A stretch of 64,000 bases of DNA from Verrucomicrobiaceae bacterium (GTDB lineage Bacteria > Verrucomicrobiota > Verrucomicrobiia > Verrucomicrobiales > Akkermansiaceae), in NCBI GenBank assembly GCA_051252135.1, contig JBPOGH010000009.1, forward strand, positions 137,098 through 201,097, in the 5' to 3' direction. The position numbers were made by a program, and so were the translations under genes. Positions 38,274 to 48,150 of this stretch are shown one piece after another (the first letter of the stretch is position 1; each line of letters begins with the position of its first letter). The notes below the pieces were generated by a model, which did not search any database, was not told the origin of the DNA, and saw nothing but the letters and a program-made list of their open reading frames with translations.

Positions 38274-40544
38274 CTACTGCGCCGCCTCCAAACGGAAGAA
38301 CATCTTCCCCGGAACCCGACCGGCGACATTCAGCTCGACGCGTCCCATCCCCGATCCATCGGCCACACCAGTCGTGCCATTGATCGCAGTTTCCATTGTT
38401 TCAAAGCCCATCAAATTCGGGGAACTCATGACCTTGTAAGTCATTCCCGGACGTCCCTTGAAGTCGAGATAGAAGGTCGTTGCATTCACAAAACCAGATT
38501 CAACCACCGCTAGATCTCCTATGACTCCGGCTGGTGCCACCGCGTCATTATGAAGCCCAATATAATCCACTTCCCAGTCTCCACTGAGATCAGCAGAAAA
38601 GTCACCCAGGAGAAAACTCTCGCCTCCAAAAACCGCCGAATTCGTTCCCTCCAATCCGGCCTCACCTCCGTAAATCAGCAAGCCATCCTGCCAGACCCAG
38701 TAACGTTGGTCAGCCGCCACATAAGCCACCCGGTAGAGACGAAACGCACTCGTATTGCTGCCCGTCACCACGGGCGAATCCCCCTCGCCAGTGCTCATCC
38801 CATCCTCATTGATATTCACTCGAAGCGCTGGCACTCCCGATGGATTGATAAACATCCCAAAGCCTCCGAGATCAAATCCCGGTGCCCCGATCGTTCCCTC
38901 CTTCAGCCGCAGTGAAACCTCGACCGTAAAGTTTCCCGAAATCGACTCACGGCTAATGCTCCCGCCAAAATCCGTCCGGAAAAGAGCCTCCGGAATCCCC
39001 GCCGATTGATTCGAAGAAGCAATTCCACCCGCATAAATTTGTGGAATCAGCATCTCCTGATCCACCCCAACCGCCTGCGCGGAAGCCGAAAACCAATCCG
39101 TGCTTCCCGCCATATCCAAATCCTGGAAACCCGGATTTTCATTCATCTCGTAGCGAAAATCAAAGTCAGCAAAACCAAGACTGTTCGGCACTCCCTCAAA
39201 GGCCAGCGTTGTCAGAGACTCGGTCGTCGGAGACCACGCCCCTCCCGCACTGTTCTCTGCAAACACTCGATAGAAGTAGGTCGTAGCGCCCGCCAGATCA
39301 GCTACCTCCCCTGTAAAGCTTCCCCCTTGCGCACCGAGATCGAGATTCGCATCCCATGCCCCTGCACTCGTTCCCGCATCACTCGTTCCGTAGAAAAGAG
39401 TGATGATGGGGTCTTCATTCCCCGTATCAGTCACCTCACCCGTAAAACTCCCGATCCCCGGGCCGCTTGAGCTGCCCGCCGTCACAATAACCGATGGCTC
39501 GGTCGCAGGGGGCGTCGTAAAAGTCCCCGCCGCATCAGACCAATCCGAACCCGCTCCATTCTCCGCCAAGAAGCGGTAAAAATACGTCGTATCGCGAGTC
39601 AGCCCCGCAATCACGGCACTAAACCCACAAGCCTCAATCCCCAAAACCTCCGAACTCTCCCACGCCCCGGGATCAGTTCCACCATCAGCTTCTCCCCAAT
39701 ATACAGTCAGAGTTGAAAAGTCCGTTCCAAAGGTCGTCAAATCACCTGAGACCTCAGCGCTCACCGTCGTGACCTTCGCCGCCGCAACAGTCTCCACCAC
39801 CGGTGCCACTCCTGGATCAGCATTAATGATCACCTCAAAGCACTCCACCACGGTCGAGAAACTCTGCGAAGCCAGAGCGTCCCCACCAGACTCCGACCAC
39901 TGCAAAAAACCAAACCTCACCTCACCCGTCGCCGCCTGAAGATTTGGCCCCGTCGGATTATCCCGTGTCAGCGCGAAGTTCGTCGAAGTCGCGTTCAACT
40001 CTCCCCAAATCCCTGTCGCGGTATTCGTCCCGGCTCCCAATTGGGAAAGGTCGAAGAGATAAGGGTCATCATTGTCAAAAGGAGCCGAGAAATTCAAAGG
40101 CCCATTCCCCGACCAATCATTCGCCGAATGGTTCCACCGGTAGTAGCGTGTCACGCCTCCATCGGTCACCGAGATCACAGGCGACCAGTTCGGAAACATT
40201 GTCGTCTCGAAATTTGCCACCCAGTAAAACCGCTCGATGCCATTCGCCAGCGTCGCCAGATCAAGCACCGCATCATACATAAAAAGATGCCCCACCGTGT
40301 AGTTCGTGCCAGCCTCCCAGGTCAAATCAAACTCACCCTCCACCGTATCAACCACCGCCGTATTCGTGATCACATTTTCCCAGTTAAAACTATGCCCTGA
40401 CTGCACCGTATCATCAAAGGCCACCGAACTCGTAATCCACTTGCTCACATCCCTCGTATCATCCCCTCCAAAAATCACTTCCCCCTGAAGAGGAGTCAGC
40501 AAGACCATGAGCAAGGCTACCTGAAATATTGTTCTCTTCATCAT
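38274..40544 (-). CDS. Secreted protein with two Fn3-like repeats and a lectin-like domain
   Basis: Signal peptide MMKRTIFQVALL; repeats TVYWGEADGGTDPGAW...TTYFYRFLAEN and TLFYGTSDAGTSAGAW...TTYFYRVFAEN. Confidence 0.8.
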   Translation of the reverse strand: MMKRTIFQVALLMVLLTPLQGEVIFGGDDTRDVSKWITSSVAFDDTVQSGHSFNWENVITNTAVVDTVEGEFDLTWEAGTNYTVGHLFMYDAVLDLATLANGIERFYWVANFETTMFPNWSPVISVTDGGVTRYYRWNHSANDWSGNGPLNFSAPFDNDDPYLFDLSQLGAGTNTATGIWGELNATSTNFALTRDNPTGPNLQAATGEVRFGFLQWSESGGDALASQSFSTVVECFEVIINADPGVAPVVETVAAAKVTTVSAEVSGDLTTFGTDFSTLTVYWGEADGGTDPGAWESSEVLGIEACGFSAVIAGLTRDTTYFYRFLAENGAGSDWSDAAGTFTTPPATEPSVIVTAGSSSGPGIGSFTGEVTDTGNEDPIITLFYGTSDAGTSAGAWDANLDLGAQGGSFTGEVADLAGATTYFYRVFAENSAGGAWSPTTESLTTLAFEGVPNSLGFADFDFRYEMNENPGFQDLDMAGSTDWFSASAQAVGVDQEMLIPQIYAGGIASSNQSAGIPEALFRTDFGGSISRESISGNFTVEVSLRLKEGTIGAPGFDLGGFGMFINPSGVPALRVNINEDGMSTGEGDSPVVTGSNTSAFRLYRVAYVAADQRYWVWQDGLLIYGGEAGLEGTNSAVFGGESFLLGDFSADLSGDWEVDYIGLHNDAVAPAGVIGDLAVVESGFVNATTFYLDFKGRPGMTYKVMSSPNLMGFETMETAINGTTGVADGSGMGRVELNVAGRVPGKMFFRLEAAQ

Positions 40545-40689
40545 AGATAATTGGTGCGTCCAACCCAATCAGCACCCATCCTCAAAAATTCACCAAGCGA
40601 TACGACTGGTCTGAGAATGAGACCTGTTTTTAACAAAAGGCACCAACAGCATTGCCGGGCCCTTCTCCATGCCGCTAACATAAAAGACC

Positions 40690-42126
40690 ATGAAGGCATT
40701 TCTCATCAGTCTAGAGTTCCTCCTTTCGAATTTGGGGTTTGCCGCACCTGCGGACGATCGTCTGAGTGCGCGCTCCACACGGCCAAACGTCATCGTCGTC
40801 TTCATCGATGACATGGGCTATTCCGATTTCTCCTGCTTTGGCGGCACCGTCGAAACCCAGCACATCGATCGCCTCGCCTCGGAAGGGATCAAGTTTACCA
40901 ACTTCTACGTCAATTCACCGATCTGCTCGCCCTCCCGCGTTGCGCTTACCACCGGGCAATATCCACACCGCTACCGTATCACCTCCTTTCTCAACAACCG
41001 CCGGGATAACAAACGTCGCGGCATGGCCCAGTGGCTCGACCCCAAAGCTCCGACTCTCGCCCGCCAGCTTCAGAAGGCTGGCTACCGAACCGGCCACTTC
41101 GGGAAATGGCACATGGGTGGCCAGCGAGATGTCGCAGAAGCTCCCGAAATCTCAAAGTACGGCTTCCATCAGAGTTTGACAAATTTCGAAGGCATCGGCC
41201 CCAAGCTCCTTCCTCTCACCCTCAAGCCCAACCCAACAGGAGGCGATCCCATTCAAGGCCGCATCTGGGCCGATGCCGAACGCCTCGGCCCCGGATTCAA
41301 ATGGATGCAGCGCTCAGAAATCACCACCGGCTTCGTCAACGAGGCCCTCAAGTTCATCGACCAAACCCAAGCCGATCAAAAACCCTTCTACCTCAATCTT
41401 TGGCCTGACGACGTCCACGGCCCCTTCTGGCCACCGCTCGACAAATGGGGAGGGAGTAAAAGAAAACTCTACCAAGGCGTTCTCGATGCAATGGACGAAC
41501 AACTCGCACGCCTCTTCAACCGCGTCCGCAATGATCCCACCCTCCGTGATAACACCATTATCACTGTCTGTTCGGACAACGGCCACGAACCCGGAGCCGG
41601 CGAATCCCGTCCTTTCCGCGGGGCCAAGACCTGGTTGTATGAAGGTGGCATCCGTTCACCCCTGATCGTCTGGGCCCCGGGTCTCATGGCCGAAGAAAAA
41701 AGGGGAACCACCAACGTTTCCTCCGTCTTCTCCGCCATTGATCTCAACCGCTCACTCTACTCCATCACCGGAACCAAACCCTCGCAAAAACTGGACGGCG
41801 AAGACCTCTCCCAAACGCTCCTCGGAAAATCCACCGCCTCCCGCCAGGCCCCCATTTTCTGGCGTCGGCCACCTGACCGCCCCGGCTTTAGTCATGGTTT
41901 CGATGAGGACAACCCCGACCTCGCCGTCCGCCAGGGGGACTGGAAATACCTCGTGAATCATGACGGTTCCTCCGCCCAGCTCTACCTTCTCCCGAAAGAC
42001 CTGTCCGAATCTAACAACCGTATCAAGCAACGCCCCGACCTCGCTGCCAAACTGGATAAAGCACTCCGCGAATGGAATGCCCAAATGCCGGTTGATGGAT
42101 CTGATCCCGGGTTCCCGCGCCCGTAG
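40690..42126 (+). CDS. Arylsulfatase-family sulfatase (S1)
   Basis: PNVIVVFIDDMG, CSPSR, GKWHMG, SDNG, LYEGGIRSP; signal peptide. Confidence 0.92.
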   Translation: MKAFLISLEFLLSNLGFAAPADDRLSARSTRPNVIVVFIDDMGYSDFSCFGGTVETQHIDRLASEGIKFTNFYVNSPICSPSRVALTTGQYPHRYRITSFLNNRRDNKRRGMAQWLDPKAPTLARQLQKAGYRTGHFGKWHMGGQRDVAEAPEISKYGFHQSLTNFEGIGPKLLPLTLKPNPTGGDPIQGRIWADAERLGPGFKWMQRSEITTGFVNEALKFIDQTQADQKPFYLNLWPDDVHGPFWPPLDKWGGSKRKLYQGVLDAMDEQLARLFNRVRNDPTLRDNTIITVCSDNGHEPGAGESRPFRGAKTWLYEGGIRSPLIVWAPGLMAEEKRGTTNVSSVFSAIDLNRSLYSITGTKPSQKLDGEDLSQTLLGKSTASRQAPIFWRRPPDRPGFSHGFDEDNPDLAVRQGDWKYLVNHDGSSAQLYLLPKDLSESNNRIKQRPDLAAKLDKALREWNAQMPVDGSDPGFPRP

Positions 42127-42203
42127 GGAATTTTCCTGCAATAAGTGGTGATTCCAGACCTTACCCCGTAGACTCCATCCAGAGAGACCGACCGATCCAT
42201 CCG

Positions 42204-43052
42204 ATGACCAAGTTTTTAAGAATCAAAGCCGCAAGCCTTCTGCTAAGCGCCCTGACGATCCTATCCGCCAGGGCCGAACTGCCTACTTTCGAAGAAGGTG
42301 TCTGGATGGGCTACTTTGCCTACAATAATGGCAAGGAGTTGCAGGTCAAAGTCAGTCATGAGGGGGATATTACCGCCTCTCCCATTGTTAAAAATGGTGA
42401 GATCAGACCCTATCTAAGAATTCCGTATCGATTCACCGTTCGCCAGAAGCTCCCCAATGGAATCCTCCGGCCGTTGAAAGTGGACCCCAAATCACTGAAG
42501 TCTGAAAGCGCGGTCACGAGCAAACTCAGGAGTGTGGTGATCACCGGAGAAGCCGCAGGGGGAGTAACCTTTGAAATGACGATCGAATTCTCCCGCGATA
42601 TTGTGCGCCTTGGCGGGCGGGTAACGGGAACGGGAAAATTGAAAAACCCGGTGAATTTCCACTACCATGCCCGACTGAATCATTTTCACGGCAACCTGCT
42701 CGAGCGCTTGAATAACGACCGGAAGAAGTTCGATGAGATTGTCGGAAAAGATTGGTTGGAGCTCTATCGTTTGGACAAAAAGAAAGAGAAGCGCCATCTC
42801 ACCGATGTTTTTGAGCTTGAAGGTGCGGAGGCTCTTAATGGGCCGGGAAGTTCCAAGGTGGAGATTCAGGCATCGATCGTCGATAAGGATAAGCGGATGC
42901 TCATCTTTGAAGCCGGTGAAGGCTCGGCGATCACCTTCAGCAAAAGAAAAAGCGGACCGATCCACGAAGGATATTTCCTGGATTGGACCTCTGACCAGAC
43001 GAAGGACAAGGAGGGGAAGGCCCGCTTCACCCTGGAGATCGACGAGCTCTGA
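42204..43052 (+). CDS. Secreted hypothetical protein
   Basis: 282-aa ORF filling the gap; signal peptide ending ARA; no recognised motif. Confidence 0.75.
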   Translation: MTKFLRIKAASLLLSALTILSARAELPTFEEGVWMGYFAYNNGKELQVKVSHEGDITASPIVKNGEIRPYLRIPYRFTVRQKLPNGILRPLKVDPKSLKSESAVTSKLRSVVITGEAAGGVTFEMTIEFSRDIVRLGGRVTGTGKLKNPVNFHYHARLNHFHGNLLERLNNDRKKFDEIVGKDWLELYRLDKKKEKRHLTDVFELEGAEALNGPGSSKVEIQASIVDKDKRMLIFEAGEGSAITFSKRKSGPIHEGYFLDWTSDQTKDKEGKARFTLEIDEL

Positions 43053-43064
43053 TTGGGCGCCGCA

Positions 43065-44507
43065 CTATTTGGAATCAATCCCCGCAGCACCGGGATACCA
43101 GGCGGGGAGGGGGGTGGGTTCTTGTTCGAAGATGGCGAGGGTTTCGGCGGGGACGTGCTTTTTGTTCACGATGATGGTGTAGACATGCTCGTCGAACCAG
43201 CGGTCGTAGAGGGTCCAGTTTCCTTTTTTCCCTTTGGAGTCGCCCCAGCTGTTTTCGACGAGCCATTTCACGGGCTCACCGTCCTTAAGATCGACGCCCA
43301 TGAGGACCATGGCGTGATTTGAGGAACCGGCGGCGAAGTGGGAGCGTTCCGCTTTGGAGAGTTTGAGGTCGATACCGAAGAGGGTTTCGTAGTCGAAGAG
43401 GTCGATTTCCATGAGGCCATGCTCGGATGATTGATCGATGCTCATGTTGACGGCGAACCACATGGGTTCGTTGGCGAGGACGGACTTCACCGCGATTTTC
43501 TTCATTTCAACGATGCCGATGTTGGCGAAGTTCATTTCGTCCTGCCCGGCGATATTGCGGGCGCGTTTGAAGCGGTAATGGGTGGCCATTTTCTGACTGG
43601 GGTCGTTGTAGAGGCAGACGAAGTCAGCGAGATCGACGCCGACGAATTCCCGGTAGAAGGATTTTGGGGTGTAGGTTTTTGCTTCGGTGAGTTTGTTGTC
43701 TGCGACTTCGGATTTCTCTTCTTCAGCGTCTTCGGAATCCTCGGGTTTGGCTTTGTAGCGCCATTCGAATTGGCGGGGTGGTTCTCCGAGGTTGATGGCA
43801 AGGAAGCGGTAGATTTCCTTGAGCCCGTTTTCTTTGAGCGAGCGAAGGTCTTCGAGGGTGGAGCCATTGCGATTGGCTTTGAGGAGATTGGAGGCCTGAG
43901 TGCGAAGGAGTCGGTCGAGAACCTTGTTCATGGTGCCGGTGTTCTCGCTGCTGTGGGTCTCGGGCATGGCGGAGGCGGGGACGACTCCGTATTTTTCGAT
44001 CAGGCCGGTGACGTAGTTCCACCAGCCGCCATCGCCAACCATCCAGTCGTTGATGAGGAGCCATTCGCGGTCGAGGCGGTCCGCGTCCCGCAGTTCGATG
44101 ACGTCTTCAAGATAGAGGTTGGATTTTTCCATCTTGTCCCAGAACTGGAGGTAGGCGGTGGAGAACTCGAAGTGGTCGAGGCCGTGTTCTTCGATGATCT
44201 TCGGGCGCATGGCATTGAAGCCGGCAAACATCCAGCAGCGTCCGGATGATTTTTGGTTGGTGATGCCCTTGGTCTTTATTTTGTGGCTGAAGTGTCCGTC
44301 CTCTCCGGCAACGACTTGTCGGTTGAGGGCGAGAGACTTGATGTCGTTGTTGGTGACGGCGTTGTGGCGGGCGAGGTCGCCGCCGGTTATTTCGTAGCCA
44401 TCCTGGAGACGGTCGATCAGGTCGGGAGTGAGCGCGCCGCTTTGATCGGCACTTGCGTGGAGGGTGAGGAGTCCGGAAACGGCAAGGGTGAGGAGAAAGC
44501 GGTCCAT
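43065..44507 (-). CDS. pepC: Cysteine aminopeptidase C / bleomycin hydrolase family (C1B), with signal peptide
   Basis: NQKSSGRCWMFA, DGGWW, NHAM, VENSWG; start MDRFLLTLAVSG. Confidence 0.9.
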   Translation of the reverse strand: MDRFLLTLAVSGLLTLHASADQSGALTPDLIDRLQDGYEITGGDLARHNAVTNNDIKSLALNRQVVAGEDGHFSHKIKTKGITNQKSSGRCWMFAGFNAMRPKIIEEHGLDHFEFSTAYLQFWDKMEKSNLYLEDVIELRDADRLDREWLLINDWMVGDGGWWNYVTGLIEKYGVVPASAMPETHSSENTGTMNKVLDRLLRTQASNLLKANRNGSTLEDLRSLKENGLKEIYRFLAINLGEPPRQFEWRYKAKPEDSEDAEEEKSEVADNKLTEAKTYTPKSFYREFVGVDLADFVCLYNDPSQKMATHYRFKRARNIAGQDEMNFANIGIVEMKKIAVKSVLANEPMWFAVNMSIDQSSEHGLMEIDLFDYETLFGIDLKLSKAERSHFAAGSSNHAMVLMGVDLKDGEPVKWLVENSWGDSKGKKGNWTLYDRWFDEHVYTIIVNKKHVPAETLAIFEQEPTPLPAWYPGAAGIDSK

Positions 44508-44758
44508 GATTTGCCCCGAGATATAGAAGTTCGTGACAGGATAACAAGAAGCAGGTTTGAAATGTGAAAGGGTCGATCCGGAGTGGTTCTGTTTTTTTGT
44601 CGATAGTGCAAAAAGCAATCAGGGGTCATTGTTTCCTTTGCAAAATACAGGGATGGGAGAGGGGGTTCGGGCGGTCGAAGAAGCCGCGGGCCCTTTGATC
44701 CAAAAGGTTCCTGCGGAGCGGGGTTGCTGGAATGGAAAGTGCGATAGGAAGGGCACTT

Positions 44759-45259
44759 ATGGAAAAAGAAGCAGACCCGGATGTCTCGATCGGACTCGAT
44801 GCCGAGAGCAGGAAAGAAGTAGCCACCATTCTCAATGAGATTTTGGCGGATCAGCACGTGCTTTATGTCAAGACGCGGAACTTCCACTGGAACTTGATCG
44901 GAGGAAGATTCCATTCGCTGCATGAACATTTTGAAAAGCTCTACACCGATCTCGCTCTGGTGATTGACGAAACCGCGGAGAGGGTTCGCATGATCGGTGG
45001 TGTCCCGACCGGATCGATGAAGGAGTTTCTCAGTGTCGCCTCACTTGAGGAATGCGAAGGCGTTTTGATCACCGGAGATGAAGCGATCGAAAACCTGCTG
45101 CAAGATCACGAATCGTGTATCCGCAGCCTGCGCAAGCGCATCTCCACTGTGGAAGATGAGTATGAGGATGTGGGAACCGCCGACTTCCTGACGGCACTCA
45201 TCCAGAAGCATGAAATGACAGCCTGGATGCTCCGCAGCTATCTGGAACACCAATCCTAA
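44759..45259 (+). CDS. dps: Dps DNA starvation/stationary phase protection protein
   Basis: KTRNFHWN...LHEHFEKLY...DETAERVRMIGG...WMLRS. Confidence 0.93.
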   Translation: MEKEADPDVSIGLDAESRKEVATILNEILADQHVLYVKTRNFHWNLIGGRFHSLHEHFEKLYTDLALVIDETAERVRMIGGVPTGSMKEFLSVASLEECEGVLITGDEAIENLLQDHESCIRSLRKRISTVEDEYEDVGTADFLTALIQKHEMTAWMLRSYLEHQS

Positions 45260-45263
45260 GACG

Positions 45264-45704
45264 ATGAATAACCCGAAAGAAAAATTACAGAACCACCTCA
45301 ATCAGGCTCTCGATCTTCTGGACCAACATACCCGGATGCTTACGGAAGATCTGGATCTCGAGAACGAGAATCTTCGAGCGCTGGTGGATGGTCGGGACGA
45401 AACGACCCAGAAGCATCTGGCCCAATTTGGGGAGATTACCTCGAGCCTGAAAGTGACCTTGGGCGAACTTCGTGACGAAATCACCGGAGCACAGGGCGCG
45501 GCATCCATGGTGTTGCAAGATGATCCGGCTATTGCTTCCGGCAATCCCGCCGATGCTGAAAAGTCGGAGGACGAGGAGCTGGATATTTCCGCGAAGGAGG
45601 CATCCCACATTCGACATGACGAGCCGGTGACCTTTGCGAGTATCATCAGGTCATTGCTGATGGCTGATGAACCCGGGCAGAGGGAGAAGCGCGACGCCCT
45701 TTAG
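45264..45704 (+). CDS. Hypothetical acidic helical protein, probably co-transcribed with dps
   Basis: 146-aa ORF starting 4 nt after the dps stop. Confidence 0.65.
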   Translation: MNNPKEKLQNHLNQALDLLDQHTRMLTEDLDLENENLRALVDGRDETTQKHLAQFGEITSSLKVTLGELRDEITGAQGAASMVLQDDPAIASGNPADAEKSEDEELDISAKEASHIRHDEPVTFASIIRSLLMADEPGQREKRDAL

Positions 45705-46846
45705 GAGGAGGTCTTTTCCAGTTCGGAGATGATCTTCCGAAAGCCGGGTTTGATGACGTCGAAGATCAGCCTGATGCGCTCATCGAAGTGAATGAAGGCG
45801 CTCTTGATCGAGTTAATGGTGATTTTTTCAAGATCGTGAATCGAGAGGTCAAAGGTCCGCACGGCGACCTCAAACTCCTTGGTCATGCTGGTGTCGCTCA
45901 TGAGGCGGTCATCGGTATTGATGGTGACGCGGAAGCCGGCATCAAAGAAGACGCGGAAGGGGTGTTCCTCCAAGGAGGGAGCGGCTCCGGTGTGCACGTT
46001 GCTGAGGAGGCAGCACTCAAGGGGGATGCGTTGATCGAGAACAAATTGGGAGAGTGTTCCCATGGAGATGACCTTGCCATCGATGACGGTCATGTCTTCG
46101 AGGAGACGGGTGGCATGCCCGAGGCGGTGAGTGCCGCAGTATTGGAGGGCCTGCCAGATGGATTCGATGCCAAAGGCTTCTCCGGCATGGACGGTGATAT
46201 TGAAGTTGGCGCGGCGTGCGGCATTGAAGGCTTCGAGATGGCGCTTGGGGGGGTGGCCGTCTTCACCACCGGCGAGGTCGAACCCGACCACTCCGTCATT
46301 TCGAAAATTGATGGCGAGTTCGGCGGCCTCAAGGGAGTCGGTTCGGTCACGCATCGCGCAAATGATGAGTCCCCAGCGGACACGGTATTGCTCTTCGCCA
46401 CGACGGAGTCCCGAAAGGACGGCGCGGACGACGGCATCCTGGGGCAATCCCTTTTGGGTATGGAAGACGGGCGCGAAGCGCACTTCGGCGTAGACGACGC
46501 CATCGCGGTGCATGTCTTCGATGAACTCGAAGGCGACGCGCTCGAGTGCTTCGCGGGTCTGCATGACGGCGATGGTGTGGGCGAAGCCTTCGAGGTACTC
46601 GGGAAGGCTGCCCTTGTTGGCACCGCGATGGAACCAGGTGCCGAGAGTTTGGGCATCTCCCGGGGGGAGGTTTTGATAGCCGGCATCGCGGGCCAGATCG
46701 ATGACGGTGGCGGGTCGGAGTCCGCCATCGAGGTGCTCGTGAAGGAGGACCTTGGGGAGGGTACGCATGTCGATGCGGGCCAAAAGTGCGTCCCCCGTTT
46801 CGTGAATTATTGGGGAGAGTGAAGGTGTGGGCTGGCGCGAGGTCAT
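45701..46846 (-). CDS. add: Adenosine deaminase
   Basis: LPKVLLHEHLDGGLRP, GFDLAGGE, TVHAGE, RLGH, NTDDRLMS. Confidence 0.93.
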   Translation of the reverse strand: MTSRQPTPSLSPIIHETGDALLARIDMRTLPKVLLHEHLDGGLRPATVIDLARDAGYQNLPPGDAQTLGTWFHRGANKGSLPEYLEGFAHTIAVMQTREALERVAFEFIEDMHRDGVVYAEVRFAPVFHTQKGLPQDAVVRAVLSGLRRGEEQYRVRWGLIICAMRDRTDSLEAAELAINFRNDGVVGFDLAGGEDGHPPKRHLEAFNAARRANFNITVHAGEAFGIESIWQALQYCGTHRLGHATRLLEDMTVIDGKVISMGTLSQFVLDQRIPLECCLLSNVHTGAAPSLEEHPFRVFFDAGFRVTINTDDRLMSDTSMTKEFEVAVRTFDLSIHDLEKITINSIKSAFIHFDERIRLIFDVIKPGFRKIISELEKTSS

Positions 46847-47072
46847 GTGGGGTTGCGGTTGGATGGGGGAGGAGGGGTTTGCTTTGGAACCGTCTAGTGG
46901 TTTCGCAGGTGAATGGTGGTGCGTCAATGATGGAGCTTGGAGTGAGAAATTGACTCGATGAGAATTTGGAATCCGGTTCTCAGGAAGGTGGTGTTTTCCC
47001 GGGATGAGCTTCTGGAGCGCTACGAGTTTACCGGCTTTTACCTGCCGATCTCCAAGGGAGATTAGGGGGGAC

Positions 47073-47111
47073 AAAAAAACCGCCGTGATTTCCAGTGGAA
47101 TCACGGCGGTT
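47073..47111 (-). terminator. Rho-independent terminator
   Basis: AACCGCCGTGATT/AATCACGGCGGTT stem plus T tract on the minus strand. Confidence 0.85.
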
Positions 47112-47127
47112 GAGAAGAGAGATTTTT

Positions 47128-48078
47128 TTAGGGACGCTTGCGGCGGCCGAGGGCGAGGAGGCCGAGAAGGCTGAAGGCGGCTGCGGATGGCTCGGGCACG
47201 GCCACTCCGGTGACTCCGGTTCCGGCACCGCCATCGAAGACGATCTCAAGTGGGCTGCTCACTCCGGCTGATCCGGTGAGTCCGGTGGCGTAGCTCCATT
47301 CCACTCCGTCAACGACGGTGGAACCGCCGGCGGCGTCATGAATTTGTTTGAGGGAGTCAAAGGAGTCTCCGGTGTATCCGAGGCTGGCATCGGTTCCGAC
47401 GCCGTAGAGGACCGCGATTTCATCTGCGGTAAGGACTTCGTCCCAGACCGAGATGTCATCGACGAGGCCGTTGAAAAACTGGGCGCTGGGGTTTCCGCTG
47501 GTGTTGTTGATATTGGCGGAGGTGCCGATGAGCATGCGGTTGGAGCCGGTGTTCACGGGGCGGGTGTTTGCTCCTCCGGTGATCGCGATGCCATTGTTGA
47601 GGTAGGCGAGGGCGCTTCCGGCGGTGCCGCTATCTGCGAGAGTGATGGTGAGGAGCTGCCAACCGGCTGCGACGGGATTTCCGGAGTTGGCACTTCTTCC
47701 GTTGCCGACGCCGACTTCGATTCCGCCGTTGTTGTTGTCGATATCGACATCAAATTTTGTTCCAGTTCCGTTTGCGCCAAAGGTGACGGCGGTCCTTAAG
47801 TTGGCTGTTCCGGTAGTTTGGTTGACCCAAACCGATACGGTGCGCGCTCCTGTGCCGACGACTCCGCCGCCTGCGTCGACGACGAAAAAGTCTCCGGCTC
47901 CGTCGAATTGCGCTGCTCCGCCAAATTGTCCACCGGTGGAATTGATGGTGGCGTCATTGGTGCCGACGTGAGGTGCTCCGGCGGTGAGGCCGGTAGCGGA
48001 ATCGAGGTTCACATAGGTGACGAGGGCTCCTTGAAGTGGGGCTATGGTGAGAAGGACGAGAGGGGTTGAGATCTTCAT
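47128..48078 (-). CDS. PEP-CTERM protein with LamG domain
   Basis: Signal peptide; WQLLTIT...VDDISVWDEVL; VPEPSAAAFSLLGLLALGRRKR. Confidence 0.92.
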   Translation of the reverse strand: MKISTPLVLLTIAPLQGALVTYVNLDSATGLTAGAPHVGTNDATINSTGGQFGGAAQFDGAGDFFVVDAGGGVVGTGARTVSVWVNQTTGTANLRTAVTFGANGTGTKFDVDIDNNNGGIEVGVGNGRSANSGNPVAAGWQLLTITLADSGTAGSALAYLNNGIAITGGANTRPVNTGSNRMLIGTSANINNTSGNPSAQFFNGLVDDISVWDEVLTADEIAVLYGVGTDASLGYTGDSFDSLKQIHDAAGGSTVVDGVEWSYATGLTGSAGVSSPLEIVFDGGAGTGVTGVAVPEPSAAAFSLLGLLALGRRKRP

Positions 48079-48150
48079 TGAGCGCAGAGCCTCAGTGGGT
48101 TTTGGGATATCTTCAAGGATGAAACTCAGAGTTGTTAGACAGGTTTTCTT

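Noticed and set aside
46847..47072. Purine-type riboswitch upstream of adenosine deaminase
   Set aside because: No recognisable aptamer consensus or expression platform by eye; an Rfam scan would be needed.
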